This document shows, in pieces, positions 55,432 to 64,000 of a stretch of 64,000 nt of DNA; the first letter of the stretch is position 1, and each line of letters starts with the position of its first letter. The stretch spans positions 263,649 through 327,648 of the forward strand of contig JAHFJN010000001.1 of the NCBI GenBank assembly GCA_023245865.1. The letters run 5' to 3'. The DNA is from Candidatus Peribacteria bacterium. GTDB lineage: Bacteria > Patescibacteriota > Gracilibacteria > Peribacterales > Peribacteraceae. Under the pieces are notes generated by a model. It ran no database searches, had not been told where the DNA came from, and saw nothing but the letters and a program-made list of their open reading frames with translations. Position numbers and translations under genes: made by a program.

Positions 55432-55535
55432 GAATGAAGCGTGAATGTTCAGTATGAACGGCCTTTGCAGACTCTGTCTATTGCTTTTCTATGCAGTTTG
55501 TTCGCAAACTGTCTCACCTTCTCCCCAATATTATT

Positions 55536-57047
55536 ATGATGAAACATGCCAAATCGATTCTTTCCATTCCTTTTCTTCTCGGGGCGATCCTCGGTGCGGC
55601 CTCGAGCGGTCTGGCGTCAGGCCTGCTCGGATCCTCTGTTTTTACAGATGTGCCCGCAGGATCTAACTATGATGAAGCAGTGGGGGAGTTGAATGATGCC
55701 GGAATTATGAAAGGGATTGATGCAACTCATTTTAAGCCAAATGACACTGTTACACGTGCGCAGCTTGCAGTCATACTGAAGCATCTGCGAGATGAAATGA
55801 ACGGAGTGACAAAGGAAACTGTTCCCGTATCTGTGAGCAGTGCGACTTCCCGCAGCTCGCGTAAAAGTGTGAAAAGTTCCAGTGAAAAATCGAGTGCTGT
55901 TTCTTCATCGAGCAGCTCTGCTTCTGCCGGACAGGCAGCAGTACGAAATCCCAAGGGAACCGTGCGATTCACATCGAACAACTTTGTTACGGCGGAGAGC
56001 ATGGTGAATGCGACGATTGCCGTTGTTCGCACGGGCGGCGCTGAGGGAACGATCACGGTGGATTATGCCACGGGCACGGATGGTACAGCTGTTGCAGGAA
56101 CCGATTTCACGGCAACGAAAGGCACGCTCACGCTTGAAAACAAGCAGACAAGCAAGACCTTCACGATACCGATCGTAAACAGTGTCCTTGCGCAGGGTAA
56201 TAAGACCGTCACTATCACGCTTACAAACATAACAAATGGCGCGACGCTCGGCTCACCCGCAAGCGCCACACTGACAATCACCGATAACCAATCGAACACG
56301 GATGCTTCTTCCTCTTCAGCGGCAACTGTTGTCTCCTCCGCGGCTGCACCGAGTAATCCTGCAGGCACGCTATCCTTGGCCGCAAGTGCGTACATGGTCA
56401 ATGAAACGGCAGGCACCCTCACGGTGAATGTGAAACGTGACGGTGGTTCCACCGGGGCAGTTGGCGTGAACTACGCAACGATCGACGGATCCGCCATCGC
56501 AGGAAGTCAGTACACGGGTACCACAGGAACTCTGAGCTTCGCAGCAGGGGAGACGGTAAAATCATTCACTGTGTCGATAGTGAACAGCCCTTCCATCACA
56601 GGCAGTCGAACATTTGGTGTAACGATCAGTAGCCCCACCGGCGGGGCGACAATCGCAGCGGGTGGAAACACTGCCAATGTCATTGTCTTCGACAATGAAT
56701 CCGGCAACTTCGGATCGGGTTCATTCAAGCTCCAAAAGAGTACCGCAAATGTCAGTAAAGGTGCGGGGACCATTGCAATTTCCATTACGCGCGTTGGAGG
56801 AACCGTGGGGACGGCAACCGTCAATTACGTGACAAACAATGGCTCTGCATCTGCAGGCACAGATTTTACCGCAGTTTCTGGGACCGCAACATTTGCCCCC
56901 GGGGAGCAAGCGAAGAACATCCTTGTCCCGATCCTCAAGACCTCTGCGGTCAATGCCGGAAAGACATTTACGTTTGATCTAAGCTCGCCATCGTCGCCAA
57001 CCACACTCGTTGTCCCGTTTTCAGAAACGATCACGATCGATAATTAA
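55536..57047 (+). CDS. Surface protein: signal peptide + SLH domain + four Calx-beta repeats
   Basis: Listed ORF starts at 55491; ATG 55536 gives MMKHAKSILSIPFLLGAILGAASS. SLH: FTDVPAGSNYDEAVGELNDAGIMKG. Repeated Calx-beta units: ..V.RTGG..G..TV.YAT.DG(T/S)A.AG.D(F/Y)T...GTL(T/S)F..GE..K.F.(I/V).I. Confidence 0.8.
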   Translation: MMKHAKSILSIPFLLGAILGAASSGLASGLLGSSVFTDVPAGSNYDEAVGELNDAGIMKGIDATHFKPNDTVTRAQLAVILKHLRDEMNGVTKETVPVSVSSATSRSSRKSVKSSSEKSSAVSSSSSSASAGQAAVRNPKGTVRFTSNNFVTAESMVNATIAVVRTGGAEGTITVDYATGTDGTAVAGTDFTATKGTLTLENKQTSKTFTIPIVNSVLAQGNKTVTITLTNITNGATLGSPASATLTITDNQSNTDASSSSAATVVSSAAAPSNPAGTLSLAASAYMVNETAGTLTVNVKRDGGSTGAVGVNYATIDGSAIAGSQYTGTTGTLSFAAGETVKSFTVSIVNSPSITGSRTFGVTISSPTGGATIAAGGNTANVIVFDNESGNFGSGSFKLQKSTANVSKGAGTIAISITRVGGTVGTATVNYVTNNGSASAGTDFTAVSGTATFAPGEQAKNILVPILKTSAVNAGKTFTFDLSSPSSPTTLVVPFSETITIDN

Positions 57048-57096
57048 CATCGAGCTCTCAATAATTTCCCCGGTGCCAGTAATGACCCGGGGATTT

Positions 57097-58152
57097 TTAG
57101 AATGCTGACCGAAATATCGATAGGGCACTGGCAGCAGCCTGTTCCCAGGTCGTACCGATAAATGGCAGTGGCCTCTCAGAAGGCATACTCATAGCCGTAG
57201 CAAGACATTCCACTGTTGGCTCGACAAGAACACTTCTGCCGGCCGCAGTCTCGGGGATCGCTGCACGATGGGAAGCAATGACAGGACACCCGCACGCCAG
57301 TGCCTCAGCAATCGGCAGACAAAATCCCTCATAGAGGGATGCGGTGACAAAAGACCGTGCACCGGAATACAAACACGACATCGCTTGATCGGAAAGACCT
57401 GAAAGAACACGGACACCGAGCGGAAGTATGCCAAGCTGCCTTACTTCCTTGCCACCTGTCACAAGTATCAACTGAGATGAACCTCTCGGCAACATCAAAA
57501 ATGCTCCGAGCAACGTAGAAACATTCTTGTGCTGCTTACAATTTCCAACATACAGAAAGTACGGCTTGTCGAGACCGTAGGCCTTTTTGACAACGTCGAT
57601 CTCTTCAGCGCTACGAAAGCGATAGGATTCACTCACGCCTTCACGAACAACAGAGATGCGTTTCGCGATATTCGTCCCGTAGCTATCCACAATCTCCTGC
57701 ATCACAAAATTGCTGACGGTCATGATGTGAGAGGCGCGACGCACCGACCTTGCCAAAAGCAATCTGTATGCCACTTGCTTCAAAAACGAAGCCTCATTCG
57801 GAAAGTGATGCAAAATGAGATCATGAACGGTCATCACGAATGGAGTGGGGCAGAAGAAGGGAACATTGAAGTGAGGAGAGAAAAACAGATTTGCTTTCGA
57901 GCGCAGAATCAAGCGGGGAAGATGCCATTGTTCCGCAAAGGAATAGTGAGAAAAGTTCGACTCGACGACACTCACATGTTGCAGTTGTCGCGGAATCCAA
58001 TCCTCGCTTGCCGATCGCACGAAAAGGACATACCGAGATGCATGATCACGCTGAACCACACGCGTAATGAGTTCACGTGTGTAACGACCCAAGCCCGACT
58101 GTGTTGCGGCAAATCTGCAATCAATGGCGATGGTGTTCATAGATTGTGGCAT
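57097..58152 (-). CDS. Family-4 (GT-B) glycosyltransferase
   Basis: Start trimmed to ATG 58152 (MPQSMNTIAIDCRF..). C-terminal E(x7)E-type region: SLYEGFCLPIAEALACGCPVIAS. Confidence 0.8.
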   Translation of the reverse strand: MPQSMNTIAIDCRFAATQSGLGRYTRELITRVVQRDHASRYVLFVRSASEDWIPRQLQHVSVVESNFSHYSFAEQWHLPRLILRSKANLFFSPHFNVPFFCPTPFVMTVHDLILHHFPNEASFLKQVAYRLLLARSVRRASHIMTVSNFVMQEIVDSYGTNIAKRISVVREGVSESYRFRSAEEIDVVKKAYGLDKPYFLYVGNCKQHKNVSTLLGAFLMLPRGSSQLILVTGGKEVRQLGILPLGVRVLSGLSDQAMSCLYSGARSFVTASLYEGFCLPIAEALACGCPVIASHRAAIPETAAGRSVLVEPTVECLATAMSMPSERPLPFIGTTWEQAAASALSIFRSAF

Positions 58153-58161
58153 GATAGCTGC

Positions 58162-58977
58162 ATGACGGTACAAGATGCACTGGCACGCAGCAGCATACAG
58201 CACATAGACGCTGAAATTCTCCTTTGCTCGGTTCTAAAACGAGAACGAACGTGGTTACTGGCCCATCAGGAGACACAGCTCTCCTCTGCAGAGAAGCAAC
58301 AGTGGTCGACCTTCATGGAACGACGCAGTCGCTTCGAGCCGTCTGCGTACATTACCGGTGAACGGGAATTTTATGGCCGGAACTTTTTTGTTGATGCATC
58401 CGTACTCATTCCACGCCCTGCGACGGAGCAATTGGTGCAAACGACTCTCAGGATCATGCAGGGAGATATGGTCAAACAAGTCATCCCAGCAGATGAACAG
58501 ATTGTCATTGCAACATACGTTTGGGGAGATATTGCCTCACTCCGGACAATTGCAGACATCGGTACAGGCAGCGGATGTATCGCGGTGACACTTACCTGCG
58601 AGCGACCGGATTTTCGCATGATCGCAACGGATATCAGCTCCGATACCTTGCGTATCGCAAGGCGCAATGCGAAGCGCCACAACGTTCTGAGCCAGGTCAA
58701 ATTCCTCCAAGGAAATGCGCTGAAGCCATTGTCCTGCCTCAAGGAGCCTTTCCTTGTCGTCAGCAATCCGCCTTACATCCCGGAGGGAACGGCAATGATG
58801 AGAGACGTCATTGATTACGAACCGCATGAGGCATTGTTCAGTGGAAAAGACGGTATGAACGTCATTCGCACCATCATGAAAGACGCACGGCAGCATCCGC
58901 AGTGTGTAGGCGTTGTGATTGAGTGCATGGAAAAGCAAGCGGATCTTATCGTTCACCCCACTTCAACTTTGTCCTGA
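58162..58977 (+). CDS. prmC: Release-factor glutamine methyltransferase PrmC (HemK)
   Basis: C-terminal 271 codons of listed ORF 57529-58977. Motifs: ITGEREFYGRNFFVD..LIPRPATE, IADIGTGSGCIAV, VVSNPPYIP. ATG is at 58162. Confidence 0.85.
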   Translation: MTVQDALARSSIQHIDAEILLCSVLKRERTWLLAHQETQLSSAEKQQWSTFMERRSRFEPSAYITGEREFYGRNFFVDASVLIPRPATEQLVQTTLRIMQGDMVKQVIPADEQIVIATYVWGDIASLRTIADIGTGSGCIAVTLTCERPDFRMIATDISSDTLRIARRNAKRHNVLSQVKFLQGNALKPLSCLKEPFLVVSNPPYIPEGTAMMRDVIDYEPHEALFSGKDGMNVIRTIMKDARQHPQCVGVVIECMEKQADLIVHPTSTLS

Positions 58978-59806
58978 GAGTGTGGAAGAATGTATCTTCG
59001 CGGCGACGAATGAATTTCACTGTTTCATTGTGGATACACGCGATCACACGATCATTTTTCAGCAGTTCGTGGTAGACTTGCCCATCGAGCGTTAGGCTGA
59101 CGCTGCTTTGTTCGAACGAATCATTGCACCTTGTCACCTGTGACTCCACATCGGCGTTTCCCGGAAGCACGATCGGCCGCTGGTTGAAGCTGTGTGGGTT
59201 AATGGGAGTCAGAATCAAACCTGGAATACGCGGATGGACGACGGGGCCACCTGCTGCGAGTGAGTAGGCCGTCGATCCTGTTGGCGTTGCAATGATAAGG
59301 CCGTCGGCATGAAAGTTTGCAAGCTTTTCTCCGCTGACTTTTGTCTCTAGGTCGAGGAGACGAGAGATCGTTCCTTGCGATATAACAGCCTCATTGAGTG
59401 CAAAGCCATGAAAGATTTCTGCGTCATCCCGTAGCACAGAAACAGAAAGAACGCTGCGCTCTTCGACAACTCCTTCACCACGCAGCAATTGCGGCAGAAG
59501 TACATCTGCTTCGTCGATGTTGATTTCTGCCAGGAATCCGACCTCTCCTTTTTTCACGCTGATGATCGGCACTGAAAAATCATGAAGCTCTCGCACGGAA
59601 CGCAGGATCGAACCATCACCGCCGATCACGAGTAACGCATCGATCTCGGCATCACGCGATACGCTCTTGCAGTTCTTGAGTACCTCAACATGCTCCTTCG
59701 CCAAAATCGAAAGAACACGTGAAACGGTTGCGTCACTCTCATCGACACCCTGCTTCATGGTAAGGCCAATGGTCTGGTAGCGAAGATGCTTCATCCGATC
59801 CATCAT
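58946..59806 (-). CDS. nadK: NAD kinase
   Basis: Start trimmed to ATG 59806 (MMDRMKHL..). Motifs: VIGGDGSILRS, ALNEAVI, DGLIIATPTGSTAYSLAAGGP. Confidence 0.85.
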   Translation of the reverse strand: MMDRMKHLRYQTIGLTMKQGVDESDATVSRVLSILAKEHVEVLKNCKSVSRDAEIDALLVIGGDGSILRSVRELHDFSVPIISVKKGEVGFLAEINIDEADVLLPQLLRGEGVVEERSVLSVSVLRDDAEIFHGFALNEAVISQGTISRLLDLETKVSGEKLANFHADGLIIATPTGSTAYSLAAGGPVVHPRIPGLILTPINPHSFNQRPIVLPGNADVESQVTRCNDSFEQSSVSLTLDGQVYHELLKNDRVIACIHNETVKFIRRREDTFFHTLRTKLKWGER

Positions 59807-59813
59807 ACGATAT

Positions 59814-60890
59814 TTACACAACAGTTTCCATCCGTGCCAAGAAGAGATCGACAGTCCGCTTCCACGTGAAGAGGCTTGCTCTCGCCTTTGCCTTATCCGA
59901 GAGTGCTGCCCTGAGTGCATTGTCGCTCAGAAGTACCTGCAAACCCTTTTCAATAGACGAAACATCTTCCGGGTCAATCAGAAGTGCAGCATCGCCGACG
60001 AGCTCTTGAAGACTGCCACGAGCGGATGTGAGAACCACAATGCCGCTCTGCATCGCATCAAGGACAGACAAACCGAATCCTTCGTAGAGAGAAGGAAAGG
60101 CATAGATGGTCGCACGACTGAGCAAGTCCAAACAATCGGTATCCGACAGATATTGCTTCCAAAGCACACCAGGAGTTTTTCTGATGAGTCTGATGACAGA
60201 ATTATCTTTCCATCCGCGCTTGCCGACGAGCACAAGAGACGTTCCATCACGCAAATCCATAGGAAGAGAAGCAAATGCTTGTATCAACCTGCGTTGATTC
60301 TTACGCGGCGAGAGCGTCCCGATCGAGAGAATCATACTGGGCTGATCAGGATGCCTGAGAGTGGGCTCTGAGGTTGGACCTGCAAAGATCGTTGCAATAC
60401 GGCTTGGCTTGAGGGTTGAATAACGAGTGAGAAGATCGTGTTTCGTAGCGTCGCTCACGGTACAAAGAAATTCGGCAGTCGCTACGGTTCTACCGAGCGT
60501 GCATCGCTCAATCAGAGAAGCCTTACGCTCATGCGGCTCCGATCTGAAAGCAATCAAATCATGAATAATAGGAACAACCTTCTTCCTTCTACCAAGGAGA
60601 AAGGGAACGATGTAGCTTGTTGTACTGATGTACGCATCAATGTGCGGTTGTTCAAGGAGAATTCTCGCAACCGTGCAATGCCAGGAAAGCCCCCTTGCAC
60701 AAATCTTCACAAGATGAAATCTTTCATCATTGGTAAATAATAACCGCACGTGCTCGGGAGGATCTGTATTCGTAAAGAGCGTGAGTTCGTGTTCTCGTGA
60801 GAGAAGCTCACGTAAAAATCCGAGTGTCCACTGGCCTTTACCGGTTCGCTTGTCACTACATGCTTCACGAATATCTATACCGAGATGCAT
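59814..60890 (-). CDS. Family-4 (GT-B) glycosyltransferase
   Basis: Start trimmed to ATG 60890 (MHLGIDIREA..). C-terminal block: FPSLYEGFGLSVLDAMQSGIVVLTS. Confidence 0.8.
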   Translation of the reverse strand: MHLGIDIREACSDKRTGKGQWTLGFLRELLSREHELTLFTNTDPPEHVRLLFTNDERFHLVKICARGLSWHCTVARILLEQPHIDAYISTTSYIVPFLLGRRKKVVPIIHDLIAFRSEPHERKASLIERCTLGRTVATAEFLCTVSDATKHDLLTRYSTLKPSRIATIFAGPTSEPTLRHPDQPSMILSIGTLSPRKNQRRLIQAFASLPMDLRDGTSLVLVGKRGWKDNSVIRLIRKTPGVLWKQYLSDTDCLDLLSRATIYAFPSLYEGFGLSVLDAMQSGIVVLTSARGSLQELVGDAALLIDPEDVSSIEKGLQVLLSDNALRAALSDKAKARASLFTWKRTVDLFLARMETVV

Positions 60891-60913
60891 GCGAGTAGTG
60901 TACGCTACGTGTG

Positions 60914-61498
60914 ATGGCATCACGACTGCAACGAATTCTTCAATCGCTCGATCTTGAGGAGAGAATCCTGAATGGGGCTGCGTTCTTTTCTTTGATAGCG
61001 CTCTTTTTCCCTTGGCTTTCAGGTGAGTGGATAGGCGGAGAAACTGTCAATTACACGGGACTCAGCTTCTACACATCATTCATTGGCATGATCATTTTTA
61101 TTCTCCTTCTGTTTCTCCTTGCCCTGACAGCAGTACCCCTTCTGGGCGGTCCGATCGTTCTCAAAAGGAGGCAAAAAGAAATCACACGACTCTGCGTAGC
61201 AAGTCAAATAACCATCCTCACGCTTGCTGCGCTCTCAGTTCTCACAGAAGTGACGTATGAATTTTCGCGGATTGAAATTCGCTTCGGTATTTATAGCACA
61301 TTGGTGGGCAGCCTTATTGCAACACTCTATTCCTTCCTGAAATGGCAGGAATATCACCGACAGGAAGCACAAGATCTGTTCCGGCACCCTGAAGACCCGA
61401 CTCCTCTAAGCGAGCGGCAGGAAACCATCAGCCCCTTACCTCCTCCGCCCGCTCCACCGCCACCATTACCACCCGAAGAGCACCATTTGAGACCATAA
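60914..61498 (+). CDS. Membrane protein with a Pro-rich C-terminal tail
   Basis: About 194 aa (GTG 60911 or ATG 60914) with four hydrophobic segments. The tail is PLPPPPAPPPPLPPEEHH. Confidence 0.6.
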   Translation: MASRLQRILQSLDLEERILNGAAFFSLIALFFPWLSGEWIGGETVNYTGLSFYTSFIGMIIFILLLFLLALTAVPLLGGPIVLKRRQKEITRLCVASQITILTLAALSVLTEVTYEFSRIEIRFGIYSTLVGSLIATLYSFLKWQEYHRQEAQDLFRHPEDPTPLSERQETISPLPPPPAPPPPLPPEEHHLRP

Positions 61499-61528
61499 CC
61501 GGGGTTGCCGGCATGCTATACTGTCCTC

Positions 61529-61885
61529 ATGGATGAATCCGTTTCTGTGACAGAACAGGCAGCAACACCTTATCATGACGATGATTTAGTCTACGTTGAT
61601 CCTAAACTACGCATTGTGGTCTCAAGAGTGGAGTGGAATCTCAATGGCAGACCAAAATCCCTGCCCATGAAGGATAGCTTCGATGAAGCCGATGATGCTG
61701 ATGAAAAAGACGCAAGCTCGAAGAAAAATTCCAAGAGACCACGGCGTCAGCGATTTTATCCATGGGGAACCTATCGCTCCATGAAGCGGATTTACAAGCT
61801 CGAAGGAAAGCTGCCACGTGTGGAGTCGAGTTATACCTTAAACGACGTGCTGGAAAAGGCACTGAAGGAACCATTTTGGGATTAG
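61529..61885 (+). CDS. Hypothetical acidic/basic small protein
   Basis: In frame with listed TTG-start ORF 61505-61885. ATG 61529 sits 6 nt after TATACT (61517-61522). Confidence 0.45.
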   Translation: MDESVSVTEQAATPYHDDDLVYVDPKLRIVVSRVEWNLNGRPKSLPMKDSFDEADDADEKDASSKKNSKRPRRQRFYPWGTYRSMKRIYKLEGKLPRVESSYTLNDVLEKALKEPFWD

Positions 61886-61886
61886 A

Positions 61887-62855
61887 CTACTTCAACATTT
61901 TACACACTCTTTTTACCTCCGTCTTCGAGCCGATGATGAGGGGACTGCGTTGATCGAGAGAATCGATTTTTTTCTTGAGGATTGATTGCGTACCGTCGGA
62001 CGCAGCACCGCCTGCTTGCTCCATAAGATAGGCAAACGGACCGCACTCAATGACCAACCTCAGTTTACCGAGTGGATATTTTCCTCCGCCGATATTGGTG
62101 AATATTCCCTGACCTTTACTGAGGATATGGTGCACGTCCGCAACCATGCAACCGGAATACCGCAGTGTCATCTCTTCCTTCATCCAAACATCCATCAATG
62201 ATCGATAGCCGGCGTTTACGTTGACTGCACGCAAATTACCAGGACTGTAATTTTTTGCGATGTCCGCCACTCCCAAAAATTCACGGAGAAGGATGAATTC
62301 TCCGACTTCATTAAGAATAAATTCGTGTACGCTGTTGCCGACACTGTAGACAAGAAGCGTCCGTGGGCCATAGAGAACATACAACGCTGCGACTTGATCA
62401 CCGGGCGTGCTTCCGATCACGTGCATGCCTTTGTAAATGCCAAAAATGGAACCGATGGCAAAATTGACATCGACAAGAGAGGAGCCATCCAGAGGATCGA
62501 ACACAACGGTGTACGGTGCGGTCGGATCAAGCTCGACGGCCTCAGATTGTTCCTCCGAAACATACGAGGCCACGACTCTGCTTTCACAAAGATGCTGTCG
62601 AATGATGTCGTCGCTGAGCACATCAAGCTTCTCCTGCTCTTCTCCGAATTGGTTGCGCGTTCCGGCCAACCCCGCCTCAGTATTGCGGATTGCGTAATGA
62701 ATGTATTTGGCGGCACGTGAGATGTCGAGAATGAGGTGGCGCAAGCTATCCGGAACATTGCCGGTTCTATAGATATGATGATTGAGCGAGATGCGCTGCG
62801 GGATGGGACACACTGCTTCGTTTTGCATATCAATGAGAGGAAAAGAGAAGTTCAC
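61887..62855 (-). CDS. fbp: Fructose-1,6-bisphosphatase, class 1
   Basis: 322 aa: VVFDPLDGSSLVDVNFAIGSIFGIY and GKLRLVIECGPFAYLMEQAGG. Alternative start at ATG 62828. Confidence 0.9.
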   Translation of the reverse strand: MNFSFPLIDMQNEAVCPIPQRISLNHHIYRTGNVPDSLRHLILDISRAAKYIHYAIRNTEAGLAGTRNQFGEEQEKLDVLSDDIIRQHLCESRVVASYVSEEQSEAVELDPTAPYTVVFDPLDGSSLVDVNFAIGSIFGIYKGMHVIGSTPGDQVAALYVLYGPRTLLVYSVGNSVHEFILNEVGEFILLREFLGVADIAKNYSPGNLRAVNVNAGYRSLMDVWMKEEMTLRYSGCMVADVHHILSKGQGIFTNIGGGKYPLGKLRLVIECGPFAYLMEQAGGAASDGTQSILKKKIDSLDQRSPLIIGSKTEVKRVCKMLK

Positions 62856-63870
62856 CCATGCGAAGGGTCATTTCGGTGACGCGCATAGCATAGCCCCATT
62901 CGTTGTCATACCAGCTGAGAATTTGTGCCGCCTTCCCTCCGATCACCTTGGTCGATGGAGCATCAATGATGGAGGAATGCGGATCGGTTTGGAAGTCGAT
63001 GGAAACACACTGATCCTCAGAAACAGAAAGAATGTGTTTGAGCTCAGGTGTGTGCGAAGCGGCATGCAGACACGCATGGATACCATCGATGGTTGCAGTT
63101 TTCTTGAGAATGAAATCCATGGAAGCACAGCTGACCGTCGGAACGGGTACGCGAAACGCCATGCCGTCGATTTTTCCTGCCAGGTGCGGGAAAATTTTTG
63201 CGCATGCTTTCACCGCCCCCGTTTTTGTGGGAATCATCGAGAGCGTGGCGGCTCGCGCCCTGCGAAGCTCCCCACCGCCGTCTCTTGCTTTGTTATCGAG
63301 AAGATTCTGCGAAGTGGTGAATGCATGCACGGAGGTGACCAGGAGGAATTCGATACCAAACGCCGCATCCATCACCTTGATAACCGGAGCTATGCAATTC
63401 GTCGTGCAGGATGCATTGGAAATAATATGCATGTCAGCAGTGAGTTCGTGATCGTTCACGCCTTTGACGAACATCGGCGTGTCATCTTTGGTTGGTGCGG
63501 TGATGATCACGCGCTTGGCACCCGCGGCAAGATGTGCCTGCGCAGCCTTACTCGTTTCAAAATTACCGGTTGACTCCACGACGATGTCAACCGAAAGTCC
63601 TTTCCAAGGACACTGAGAAGGATCGCTTTCCTTGACAACATTCACAGTTCTGCCATTCACGGAAAAATTGCTTCCGTTGACCTGAACGTCCGCATCGAGT
63701 CGATGATGGAGCGAATCATATTTCAGCAAGTATGCACGCATTTCGGCATCGGAAGACGCATTCACCGCAACAACTTCGACTTGATCAGAAAAACGCTGAA
63801 TGAACTGCCTATGGACAAGTCGACCGATCCGTCCGTAGCCGTTAATCGCAACCCGCAGCATTGCGGGCAT
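62830..63870 (-). CDS. gapB: Glyceraldehyde-3-phosphate dehydrogenase, GapB-like
   Basis: 346 aa: INGYGRIGR, VVAVNASSD (Asn-Ala-Ser instead of the NAD-type Asp, as in B. subtilis GapB VAINASY), SNASCTTNC, WYDNEWGYA. Confidence 0.9.
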   Translation of the reverse strand: MPAMLRVAINGYGRIGRLVHRQFIQRFSDQVEVVAVNASSDAEMRAYLLKYDSLHHRLDADVQVNGSNFSVNGRTVNVVKESDPSQCPWKGLSVDIVVESTGNFETSKAAQAHLAAGAKRVIITAPTKDDTPMFVKGVNDHELTADMHIISNASCTTNCIAPVIKVMDAAFGIEFLLVTSVHAFTTSQNLLDNKARDGGGELRRARAATLSMIPTKTGAVKACAKIFPHLAGKIDGMAFRVPVPTVSCASMDFILKKTATIDGIHACLHAASHTPELKHILSVSEDQCVSIDFQTDPHSSIIDAPSTKVIGGKAAQILSWYDNEWGYAMRVTEMTLRMGELLFSSH

Positions 63871-64000
63871 TATACCATCAGACCCAAGATGATTCCAAGG
63901 AGTGCAAAGAAACTCCCCAGGATCCAGAGTCTCATCGTAACCTTACTTTCTCCCCATCCCAGGGCTTCAAAATGATGATGGATGGGAGCTGCAAGAAATA
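63870..64000 (-). CDS. mraY: Phospho-N-acetylmuramoyl-pentapeptide transferase MraY, C-terminal end; the gene runs off the right edge
   Basis: Not in the ORF track. Reverse complement reads ..[42 protein letters not shown]. Its TAA shares one nt with the gapB ATG (TAATG). Confidence 0.8.
   Translation of the reverse strand, partial: FLAAPIHHHFEALGWGESKVTMRLWILGSFFALLGIILGLMV

Noticed and set aside
57529-58161. First 211 codons of the listed 482-aa ORF 57529-58977
   Set aside because: This part is antisense to a clear GT4 glycosyltransferase and has no recognisable motifs. Only the portion from ATG 58162 matches PrmC (HemK).
62782-63573. 263-aa plus-strand ORF
   Set aside because: It is antisense to the gapB-like gene, whose identity is unambiguous.

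Overview
Gene-dense 64-kb window from a bacterium with compact intergenic regions. It is mostly housekeeping genes interleaved with many envelope and surface genes. I support about 60 CDS. They include tmk (partial), a membrane-anchored Clp-like ATPase, groES-groEL, pdxS-pdxT, lemA plus a TPM-domain gene, truB, obg, dnaK, two divergent GAPDH paralogs (gapA-like and gapB-like), fbp, an endonuclease-IV-like gene, cca, rplI, secG, rpsP, a KH-domain gene, prmC, nadK and mraY (partial). There are also several GT-C, GT2 and GT4 glycosylation genes, LPXTG, SLH, PKD and Sel1 surface proteins, a TrmB-like regulator and a soluble VirD4-like ATPase. Seven tRNA genes all encode CCA: Leu-CAG, Pro-CGG, Lys-CTT, Phe-GAA, Ala-CGC, Ile-TAT and Val-TAC. 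I found no rRNA, CRISPR array, transposase, integrase, reverse transcriptase or cas gene. The gene content hints at an uncultivated small-genome lineage such as Patescibacteria/CPR, based on the membrane-anchored Clp-like ATPase, the orphan VirD4-like ATPase, a TrbC-like pilin, a free-standing four-helix-bundle gene, an orphan TM-anchored solute-binding protein and frequent SD-less starts. That placement is inference only.

Most interesting observations:
1. Three tRNA genes (Lys, Ile, Val) are each preceded at a near-constant 96-98 nt register by an exact copy of their own first 18-19 nt, starting precisely at +1. Each copy is followed by a hairpin whose loop contains CTTG in the tRNA-sense strand. 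Two loci also carry an inverted copy of the D-arm.
2. A duplicated module of TrmB-like regulator plus a ~565-aa Cys-rich protein with internally duplicated zinc-ribbon-like N- and C-terminal caps. One regulator copy has decayed to a remnant, and a perfect 20-bp palindromic operator holds two face-to-face TATAAT boxes.
3. An A/T-richer islet around tRNA-Phe and tRNA-Ala, littered with tRNA-Ala 3'-end-like repeats and a hairpin-rich putative ncRNA, with no integrase.
4. A CATTCTACAT leader motif shared by groES, obg and dnaK. It also forms inverted repeats around the four-helix-bundle gene.
5. Widespread TATAnT-N6-9-ATG geometry, suggesting leaderless mRNAs.
6. A tRNA-Ile with a UAU anticodon.
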